Made by a program: the position numbers and the translations under genes
Source of the DNA: Candidatus Omnitrophota bacterium
Lineage (GTDB): Bacteria > Omnitrophota > Gorgyraeia > Zapsychrales > Zapsychraceae
DNA: 64,000 nt
Reading direction: 5' to 3'
NCBI GenBank assembly: GCA_015233405.1
Contig: JADFXT010000010.1
Span: forward strand, 41,578-105,577
Part shown: positions 20,352-31,100 of the stretch, one piece after another
Layout: the number at the start of each line of letters is the position of its first letter
Numbering within the stretch: position 1 is the first letter of the stretch
Notes under the pieces: model-generated
Told to the model about the DNA's origin: nothing
Database searches by the model: none
Seen by the model: only the letters and a program-made list of their open reading frames with translations

Positions 20352-21821
20352 ATGAAAAAAATAATTGTTATGCTCTGGGTGTTGGCTTCTATTATCGTTT
20401 ATGTTCCGTCGGCGGGATGGGCGGCGGATTTCCGTGATTCCGTGGTCAAGGTCTTTACGACGGCCAATCCGCTAGATTATGTCCGTCCCTGGCAATCGAA
20501 GGGGATTGAATCCAAGAGCGGTTCGGGTTGCATCATCAAAGGAAACCGTATTTTGACCAATGCCCATGTCATCAGCGACCAGACATTCATTCAGGTCAAA
20601 AAATATAACAGCCCCAAGAAATATACGGCAAGACTTTTTGCGGTGGCGCATCAGTGCGACTTGGCGATTTTAGAGGTGGATAATCCGGAATTTTTTAAAG
20701 ACACTTTGCCGCTCGAATTAGGCGGGCTTCCTTCGCTGCAGGACACGGTCCATGTGATCGGGTTTCCCGAGGGAGGCGATAAAGTTTCCATTACTCAAGG
20801 CGTTGTTTCGAGAATCGAGATGACGCAATATTCCCATAGCTTAATGACCCTTTTGGCGGTTCAAATTGACGCGGCGATTAATCCCGGTAATAGCGGTGGG
20901 CCGGTCATCAAAGACGATAAGCTCATCGGCATTGCCATGCAGGGCATGCAAAACGCCCAGAATATCGGCTATATCATTCCGGTGCCGGTCATCCAACATT
21001 TCCTTAAGGATGTCAATGACGGACAACTGGACGGGTTTCCTCAATTAGGAATCCAGTTCGCCGATACCGAAAGCCGGTCTCTTCGCAAATATTATAAGGT
21101 CAGTGAAAATCAAGGCGGGGCGCTGGTGGTCAATGTCTTGCCATTCTCTCCGTCGGAAGGGAAGTTATATCCGGACGATGTTGTTTTATCTATTGATGGC
21201 GTTGATATCGGAGAAGATGGAACGTATGCGTTTCGCCAGGACGAGCGGTTGTATTTATCAGAAATTGTTCTAGAAAAAATGATCGGCGATACGGTCAAGG
21301 TGCGCGTTTTAAGAAATGGAAAAGAACAGATCATCCCGATCAAATTAACATCTTTTAGGCCGTTGGTCCCGTATCCTTTTGCTTACGGCAAGGCGCAATA
21401 TTATATTTTCGGAGGGCTTGCGTTTACCGTTCTTACCACGGACCTATTAATGAATTGGAACAATCCTTATCAGGCGCCGGAAAATTTTATTTATTATTTT
21501 CTGGGCAAGGGGTCTTTAAATAAGGAACGGAAAAAAGAGCGCGTTGTTTTGCTGGGAGTTTTGCCGGATGATGTGAACATCGGTTATCATACCGACCACA
21601 TGGAAGTGATCGAAAAGGTCAACGGACATGATTTTAGCTCTTTTGAGGAATTTGTGAAGTTGGTCAATAAAAAAGAAGGCCCGTTCACGGTTTTTGAGAC
21701 CGACGGTGAATATAAAATGATTCTGGATAATAATGGAATCGATAAAGCCAACGAAGAAATTTTAAAACGCAATAGTGTCCCCGCCGCATATTCAGAAGAA
21801 GTCGCGAAGTGGATGAAGTAG
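20352..21821 (+). CDS. Trypsin-like serine protease with PDZ domain (Deg/HtrA family, S1C)
   Basis: Signal peptide. Catalytic His context ILTNAHVI, an Asp in CDLAIL, and Ser in GNSGGPV. A PDZ-like region follows. Confidence 0.9.
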   Translation: MKKIIVMLWVLASIIVYVPSAGWAADFRDSVVKVFTTANPLDYVRPWQSKGIESKSGSGCIIKGNRILTNAHVISDQTFIQVKKYNSPKKYTARLFAVAHQCDLAILEVDNPEFFKDTLPLELGGLPSLQDTVHVIGFPEGGDKVSITQGVVSRIEMTQYSHSLMTLLAVQIDAAINPGNSGGPVIKDDKLIGIAMQGMQNAQNIGYIIPVPVIQHFLKDVNDGQLDGFPQLGIQFADTESRSLRKYYKVSENQGGALVVNVLPFSPSEGKLYPDDVVLSIDGVDIGEDGTYAFRQDERLYLSEIVLEKMIGDTVKVRVLRNGKEQIIPIKLTSFRPLVPYPFAYGKAQYYIFGGLAFTVLTTDLLMNWNNPYQAPENFIYYFLGKGSLNKERKKERVVLLGVLPDDVNIGYHTDHMEVIEKVNGHDFSSFEEFVKLVNKKEGPFTVFETDGEYKMILDNNGIDKANEEILKRNSVPAAYSEEVAKWMK

Positions 21822-21952
21822 TTTCGCTGTTTCTCAACTATTCCCTCGGACATTTCGTCCTCGGTCAAGATGGCTTCGTCGTCACAATCATTGTTGATTA
21901 AATTAGAGGGGGGCATCTCCACCCCAGCGTTTTGTCACCCCTTTTTCCTATT

Positions 21953-22078
21953 GTCATTCCCGAAATTTTTTGTCGGGAATCCAGAGGCAATCGAAGCCTC
22001 GGGATCACGGGTAACCTTTAATAAAAGTAAATCTTTTCTGAAACCCTGGATCCCCGCTTAAAAATTGCGGGGATGACA
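21953..22078. repeat. Double-hairpin palindromic element, copy B (opposite orientation, expanded centre)
   Basis: gtcattcccg..cgggaatccag at the 5' end and ctggatccccgc..gcggggatgaca at the 3' end. This is the reverse arrangement of copies A, C and D. It lies 115 bp upstream of the 3301-aa ORF. Confidence 0.8.
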
Positions 22079-22193
22079 GGAATGATTTTTTAAATTCTCC
22101 TTAAGGTAGCGCTTTCCTGAAGACCCCCGCCTGCCCTTTTTATTATTAATAATATAGTGTAAACTTAAAGTAGGAATAAAAAGGGGGGCATCA

Positions 22194-25100
22194 ATGACTT
22201 TGGGGACGCCAATCTACAATAAAAGGATATTTAAGGTAATCACCTTAAGCGTATTAATAAGCTTTACGTTTAATTGCGTGATTCCCCCGCAGTTTGCCTC
22301 TGCCCAAACCGCTCCTGTTTTACCAGCCCAGCAACTTATTACACTCACAGACGCCTATTCTCCGGTTGTTATGAAAGGTTTGAAACTTTATCCGGATAAC
22401 CCGCTTAAGTTTGATTTTATTTTAGACAAAGGCGAAGCCTTTGCTCCAAATGACCCTGCTCGGCCCACGGCAGAGCAAGAGTCACAATTAAAAGAAGAAG
22501 CCACTCGTCTTATTAAATATTTTCTGGCGTCTTTAACAACTCCAGAAAAAGATATGTGGGTCAACTTAAACCCCAAAGAGCCGGACCGGATTGTCCCCCA
22601 GAAATTCGGTGAGACGGAAATGGGCCGTGACCTTTTGGCGCAGGATTATTTACTCAAGCAGATGACTGCTTCCTTGATGCATCCCGATGGAGACGTCGGC
22701 AAAAAGTTTTGGAGTAAGATTTATCAGCAGGCTTATGAGAAATTCGGCACCACTGATGTCCCGGTGGATACCTTAAACAAAGTTTGGATTGTTCCGGAGA
22801 AAGCTGTCGTGTATGAGAATCAGAACACGGCATTTGTTGTCCAGGCAAAACTGAAGGTGATGTTGGAGGAGGATTATGAAGCGTTAGAACAGACAAAAGA
22901 CCATAGACAAGAGACTATAGACCAGCCTTCGGCTGAAAAAAAGTCTAGGGTCTCTGGTCTATCGTCTATGGTCATTCGTCAAATTATCCTTCCCGTCCTT
23001 GAGAAAGAAGTCAATGAAGGCAAAAATTTCGCACAGTTGCGGCAGGTTTACCATTCCTTGATCCTTGCCACATGGTTTAAACGGAATTTAAAGGAAAGTT
23101 TGTTAGGGCGTAAGTATGTGGACCAAAGCAAAACTCCAGGCGTGAATATTGAGGACAAGAACGAAAAATTTAAGATCTATGACCGATACCTTGAGGCGTT
23201 TAAAAAAGGCGCGTATAACTATATTAAAGAAGAATACGACCCTGCGACCCAGGCTATTGTTCCCAAAAAATATTTCTCCGGCGGTATCACGGCGCTTAAC
23301 CTCGACAGTGCCATGACGGTTACGCATAACCAAAGCCTCGCGAAAACATTGTTAACTGCTTTGCTGATTACCGTTGGGGTGAATCTTTTTGTCGGCTGTG
23401 AGACCCAACCGAATTATAACCAGCGTCACTCAAAAACCACGCATCAGGTGCGACAAAAACCCGTACGCATAAATCATACAATTCCCCAAGCGCAGCCGGT
23501 AGCGACGGATAGTGTCGTGAGCGAATTTTTGTGGTCCCAGCCGACCGCGGATTCCTTGAACCTTTATGAACAGAAATTTCGGAGTCAAAATCCAAATTTC
23601 GCGAATCAATCTCTTGACCAACAAGTGGTCTCATTTGTGGAATTTATTAAATCCCCGACGGGGTTGGGAGTTTCTTATTCGATGGCTTTGACAAGAACGG
23701 AAGAGCTGGCGCAGCAAGGAGGGAATCTGGATTCTGTTGTGGCGACAAAGCAGGCCGTTTGTTTGGGTTTTACGCGGTTAATATATTTTTTGGGGAAAAA
23801 ATTGGGTTTGCCAAATCAGATATATTCCGTCGAAGGGCAGAAACATGTTATTAATGTTTTTTCTTTATTAAGAAAAACGGAAGACGGTCAGTCTCAAGAT
23901 GGTTATGCGCTTATCGTTGACGCTTCGACGAATAAATCGGGAGGGTTTATCAGGACGGACGTATTTAAGTTTGATGAAAAATATGGAAAGAACGGGGATG
24001 CTTATGCGTTAAGACCAGGCCAACAATTGCCCATGGATAATTATAATTTTAATGCGGCGGGCAATGTCCGATATGAAATCATAAAACCGTTTGAACCTGG
24101 CGCCTATAATCTGACGGAAGCTTTGGCGCGGGTGCATAAAGATCAAGAGAATGTTCAGCAAATATTTTCTGAAGCGAGCAAGTGCTTTGAAAATAGGCAA
24201 TATCCTGAAGCCATTGCCAAATATCAAGCGGCTATTCCCCTGGTTGAAGCCCTCAGATCTCGTTTGGTGGAAAAATCGTGGTTATTTTCTTCAATTATAA
24301 AGAATTTTCAAGAGGTGGTTCGTTCTCTGGATGAAATGAGAGAGAATGCTTCAACCAATATTTCTGCCGCCGAGCATAATCAGCAGAATGCCGGATATGC
24401 CCAGAATTCTTCGCAGTCGCAAAACACGATGAGTATCACTCTTGAATCTGAACAAGACAAGCAGGACTTTCAGGAAATATCAGTTAAGAAACAAGAAATA
24501 GTTGCTTTGATTAATACAGGAGTCCGTTTCGCAGAAAATGGAAAATATCGGGAATCCGCCGGGTATTTTAGTAAGGCTATCGGAATAAGCAGAAGTTTGG
24601 AACAATTGGGTTTGGCGAAAAAATATCCTGATATGTTGGGTCCCCTTCGTCAGACAGCGGAAAGAAATTTGGAACAGGTTAAAAATCTCGGAGGATTAAG
24701 CCAATATACGCCATCTTCGCAAACTTTTCGAGATGCCGCGCGGTATGCGCAAAGAAATATTCAAAATCCGCAAGACATAGACGCCGCCATGATGACGAAG
24801 TGGGTGAGTGCTGTTGCCTTCGCCGGAGCGCTCGCTTTTATGAATATGCAGCCGGCAACGGCGCAAAATGTCAATTTGGCCGGGGTCATGGGTTCGCAGA
24901 TTGCCACGAGTGCAGTAGCTCGGCAAGCTGTAAGTCCTGCGGAACTTGATACTCTTTTTGTAGGGCTTTCTAAAGGGGACCTAGCCGCCTATTCTAAATT
25001 AATGAATCTTGCTGGCACAAAAAATCCTTCTGTTATATCTGGCTTACTGAATCAAGCTTCGCGGGGAAGTATTGATGCTATAGGAATTTTGGGTCATCAT

Positions 25101-28100
25101 GCGACATCGATTTCTGGAATTAAAGAGGGATTAAAAAATGTTAATCCTCAGCCTCTTCTCGACGCTGATCCTGAGGGAAGTAAGAGAACCGTTGATGCTT
25201 TGTACACACTAGCGCTTTATGATAATGCCAAGGCTTTGTTTGTTTTGGTTCATTTAGCCACTCAGAAAGTCAATACGCTTGCGGCAGAGGCTTTGAAGCA
25301 ACTTTCGTTTCAAGAGGGTCAGGGGATTATGGCTCAAGAGGCGATAAAAAATATTGATCTTAAGCCGCTCATTGAGAAGGCGAGTTATGGAGATAAGAAA
25401 GCCATTGAGATGTTACGGCTCTTTGCCGAGACTGGAATTGTTCCGGCAGCTCGGTCAGCAATAAAAAATTTGAATGTTCAATTTTTTATTGATAAATCTT
25501 CCCAAGGCAGCGATGAAAATCTTGATTTTTTGATTTCTCTTGCCGATGCGGGTAATCTTGCCGCCCAGGAAGCTTTAAAGATTATGGACCCTCATGTTTT
25601 TGTGGAAAAAGTATCTCCAAACAATCCTGGATCAATATATTCCTTAGAACAACTTGCGTTAAATCAGAATCAAATAGCGTTATCAGCGATTAATCTTTTT
25701 GCCCGTCAAGGTTATAAAGAAGCGACGACTTCTTTGCAGCTCATCGTTGGTAGTATTAACGAACTGCACGGTTCTGCGGATAGCATACGTTTTGCAATTG
25801 TCAATAACTCTAGTCCTGTGGATCTTTATACGATGATCGTTTCCGCTCAGGATGAGGTTTTGGCGTTTCCGTCTACGTTTACAGGGCTTTTTAACCGGAT
25901 GATGGAAGGGATGAAAGCGCAGGGCATAAGCATAAGCGGCGACGGGATTCTTAATCAGGCTAATTATTATAAATTTAGAACGTTTTTTAAGCTTGCAGTA
26001 AATTTTAACCGGCTCAATGATTTCTTAGGAACGCTGCCTTCTGAGGAAGAAAAGACTGCTTTGCTCGAGAAATTTGTCAAAGGATTGGATAAAGAAAAAG
26101 ATGTTTTAGCTCAGGCCACGGTGGTAGCGGATGTTTTTGGAATGATAAAAACAGATGCGACGCTTTTTCCTCTGATGCGGCAAATGGTCAAAACTGAATT
26201 TGAGCGGACTCTTCAAGATGGATCTAACCGTTATGCAGAGGTCATTTATGGTTTGCTAACGATATTGTTTGCGCAAAATACTGATATCAATGATTCTTTG
26301 TTTAAAAGAGTAGCTGACGATTTCCAATTCCCCGATGTCAGCGTACTTCATCAAGCAGATTTATTCGATGCGAATGGCATCTTTCGACAAGTCCAGTATT
26401 TTTATGAAGATGAAGATGGGGATGCTTCTTTTAAGAATCTTTTGAATACCTATAAAAATAAGCCGAATTGGAAAATTATTGATTTTTTCAATTATATTCT
26501 TATCAAAGGAACGTTAAAAGGCCGGACAATCGAAATTTATGCCAATAAACCTTTTTTGGACTCAGCGGACCAAACGACCAATGCCCAAAATGAGCTAGAT
26601 AATTTTATTCAAAGAGAAGGGCTTGGTGTTTATATGGCGATTCACCGTGGGCATAGTTATCATGTGCAAAAAACCATCGATCGATTAGGATCTTCTCTTA
26701 AATTTGTCTTTTTAGGATCTTGCGGCGGATCCAATCGCATGAACGATGTGTTAAAAAAATCTCCGGGCGCTCAAATTTTAGCGACAAAAGGCATCGGTAC
26801 CGCCACGATCAATGACCTTTTGTTAAAAATGATCAATGATTTGTTGTTAAGCGGACAAGATGTTAATTGGCATGCTTTTCGATCCAATCTGGCAAAGAAA
26901 GAAGAATTCAAACGTGCTGCGGAGTTTATTCATTATATATTCCCGGATGAAAACACCGGATTTCTTTTTATCAGAGCTTATATGGAACTGTTGAAGCGTT
27001 TTGGTCTCGAGTATCCTATTGAGGGAATAGATTTCAACAAGTTAAATCGTGATCATTTTAATAAGGTCGCGCGATATGTGGAGAATGAAATTAAGTATAA
27101 TCAAGAACAAGGCCCCGTCATCGTTTGGACGCAAGAGCCTGACTCTGCACAAAAGAAAAACAGCAATGTCCCCGCAGCCTCTAATCAAATCAGCAACTCA
27201 GATTACCAGGCTATTGTAGCCCTGATCAATTCTAATTCTCTTGATTACAGCAGTAATCCGGTCTTAAACCCAAATGACCCGACGAGATTGAGTGTCGTTA
27301 TCAACGTGATTTCCGATCTGGCATTGAATCATCCTGATGCTCAAGTCAGATATAAAGCTTTGAATATGTGGAGGTATTTGTCGGAGAAATATCCGAATAA
27401 TGCTCCCCTGCAGTCCCCCCAATTACAAAATGCCGGCGGAATTCAAGGCGGTGACCATGCGATGATGGCAAGCCGATTGAAGACAGTCCTGAAAATGTCG
27501 TCTTTGGTCCTTATGTCCTCCTTACCGATGTGTTTTAATTTTCAAGGAAAAATAGCAACCAGTTCTGCCGTTTTTAATCCACCGCCCGCGGTTCTCATGG
27601 AAGAAAATAGGCTTGCTGCGGCGATCAAATCTGCGGATATGGGCACGCTTCACTATTCTCAACAAATAACCGACGCCCATACGTCATGGCTTATGAGCAA
27701 AAAAGATACTAGCGGTCGGCCGTATGTTTCTATCTGGAAAGAAAAGTCCGACGGTATTCTTAGTGATTATAAAGCAGGCCGGATGAGCGCGGACAGTGCC
27801 GCCGAAGCACAGAGGCAGTTGATGGACCAAATAAGCAAAAAGGTCAAAAGCTGGATGGGCCATAATACAACTACTGTTGGTTTGGATAAAGCCATAGTAA
27901 AGAATACAATTGCGAAATCAAAGTTTTCTCAAGTCGGTCTAAATAGCATCGCGATTTTAGAGAGGTTACTTAAAAATGATATTTTAGAAAATGTTTCGTC
28001 AACAGAGGTGCGTTTAAAATCAAATAATGACCTCAGCAGAGATGCTGTTCTGAAAATTGTAGGTCAAAATAATATTGATCAAGTTTGGAGTATTTTATTA

Positions 28101-31100
28101 CAGTCCTTCGAAGCAGGCGATTGCCTGACGCATACTGAGAACGCATTTGCTATCGTCCACGGTGATTTAGGCTATCCGATTCAGTTTGTGCATGTGACGC
28201 AGGAGCAAGATGGACATCCTACGGAGCATTTTGTTCCTTTGCTTACGACCCTTGATGGCAGAAATGTTTATTTGGAGTTCACATCGCCGTCGGTCAGCCC
28301 AAGGTTTGTCTTGGAAAAGGCGTACACTTTTACGCCCACGTCTGAGGGCATTGTCGGGATGCTTAAGGATCCGAATAGAGAAGGCTTGTCTCGTTATGCA
28401 AAAATAACGATCATTTCGACGCAACGATTTATCGCGAGTAGATATTTTCTTATAGGTCAAGCCGAGTATCTTGCCGGACTGAATGAAGAGAATCAGATGC
28501 ATTTTGTCAACGCTGAGTCCAATTTTAAACAATCGATTGCAACCGATCCGACTTTTGCTGAAGCCCATTACTATCTTGGTTTGGTCCAAAAGAATTCTTT
28601 TCGGTATGAAGCCGCCATCCGCAGCCTCACCAAAGCCATTAACCTTGACCCGACCAATGCCAATTATTATCGCGAGAGAGGTTCGGCTTATGATAGGTTA
28701 TGGCAGCATGAGAAAGCTTTGCGTGATTTGAATAAAGCCCTTCAAATTAATCCCAATGATAAAGAGGCTATAAAGCTATCGGATGAAATAGAGTCGAGAA
28801 ACAATAAAAAGCAATCTTTTCAATACAATATAGACACATTAAAAGCCCTTGCCCGTCGAGGAAGTTCCACGGCCACAGCCTTGCTGGCCGGTGAGATCGA
28901 TTGGAATAATTATGGTATTCCTGCGGCGTTGGCTTTAGCCGGTATAAATTTTGACCAGGTTGCCAGAGAATCCCAAAGATCGTCGTCACCCACTTATGAG
29001 GTCGGCAACGCCAGAGAAACTGTGAATGATTATTTACAGGGTCCCGATGCCGCCATGATGGCTCGCGGGGATTCTTTGACGAAGAAAGAAGCTGCGAGTA
29101 TTTTAAAGAAAATTACAGCGGCTTATCGTGCAGGAGATCGTCTAGAGAATGAAACTTTAGGAGAATATCTTAACAGGATCTTACAGACCAGGGAGTTTTA
29201 TCGTTATGTTGCCGCACATCCTTTGAGCACACGCATTCAAAGTTTCTTGAAGGAGCCTAAGAAGTCTTTAAAAGAAGCCGGATGGGGACTCACCATGTCC
29301 TTAGTGAAGGCGACCATGCCGGTTGATGATCCGACGATCGTTTATATTCTACGAGATAATGCTCAACTATTCTTGTCTCAGGTGAAATCAAATATTTTTA
29401 TGTGGTATGCGTTTTTAGCGCTCTCCGTGAATAACGGAAAAGCAAAGTTAAAAAAATTGCCTAACAAGAAAAATGAGATTCCCAACGGAAAAGATGCCGA
29501 TAGAGCGATGATGACAAGAGGGTTCCGGAATCTTTTCGTTCCTTTTGCTTTTGTTGCGGCAGCAACGGCTCCGGTGTTATTGAATCCGTCGATCACGTCG
29601 GCAGAAGAAATGCAAAAATCAGGTTCGACCTTAAATGAAGATGCCATACTCGCGAATGATGGAATCCCCATTGGGATTAAGGCGATGGAAGAGCTTAAGG
29701 GTGCATTTAACGCCACTTCGCCTGATTATACAACCATCTCAGTTCTTAACTCTCCCCAAAATTACAACAAGGTTTTGAGGATCCTTATCATGCAGGTCAT
29801 GCGCAAACACCAGCCGAATTCTCCTCAGTGGCAAAGGGCGTTTGATATTGTAAGGTACATGTCTGGGCAGGATTCTCTGGCCATTGGCTTGGCGCTTTCG
29901 AAAGTTTTATCGAGCGAAAATACAACTAATGCTGGCGCATCTGTCCAAACGCCTAGAGCTCTTTCTTTGGAAGACCAAAAGGTCGCCGATGTTATTAAGG
30001 ATTTGGCCCTTCGGTTTAAGTCATCTGCCTCGACGGTAGATGATTTTACCGCTCTAGTGATGTCGTGGAAAGATAAGGGGGACTCATTAAAATTATTTAT
30101 GAGCGCCCGACGCAAGGAAATGGATAGTCTTAGAAAAGACATCGATGCCGGTAAACCTGAAGCTCAAGAGGCGGCAAGAGATATTGCTCTTAAAATAAGG
30201 CTTAAAACGATTGCGGAATTTTTCCATGATGTGGATGTTGTTGGCATCGAGGAAGCCATGTTGTTTGGCGCTGCGACGTGCCATACGTTAGCCGAAATGA
30301 ATTATATTCTTCTTCGGGCCGTTGGATTCAAGGAAGACGAGGTTTCATTTGTCGCGCTTAGATCCGGAGTCCTTCATTATTTTCATTGGTTCTGTATGGT
30401 CAGGTTTCAAGATCAGAATAAGGCTTTTATCACAGATGCCGCCTTTGGTAAAACCACACCCATGTTTACTGTTCAGGATGCTTACGATATTTCTTCCGAC
30501 GGTGGTTTGATCCTCAAATCAGACAGAACGAACATTCCAATGGAGGTGCAGACTTACCCGAATATGATGCCTTTAAGACTCGAGGATTTCATCAATGAAG
30601 GGGGTGATGTTTATACCGGCAGGGAGTTTATAACTATTGATGGAAAGTATAAATTCGACATTGCCATAAAATATTTTACGCGGGCCATTGAAGCGAATCC
30701 TCATTCCGCTGAGGCCTACATGTGGAGGGCCAAGGCTTATCTCGGACTTGCTGGTAACGATCGCGATTTACAAATGAAAGCCAGGACCGATCTTCTTAAG
30801 ACCATCGAAATAAACTACCGCTTGATTCCAAGGGTCAGGGATTTATTAAGTCCTTATGTGTGGAATTGGACTGCGTTTTTATTTGTAGGTCATGATTCGA
30901 GCTTTCCTTCTGATTCAGTCAAAGACATCGATAGTTCGCTGGCCCAAGGCGAATTAGCCATGAACGTCGGCGACAATCTTAAAGCCGTTGGATTTTTCCA
31001 AAGTGTTCTTAAGAATGTTGCGGAATTAAAACAGTCCAACCCGCAGCTCACAGACGAGCAGCGTGTTTTATTGAATGGGCTTGCGAATGAAGCGCTGGCA

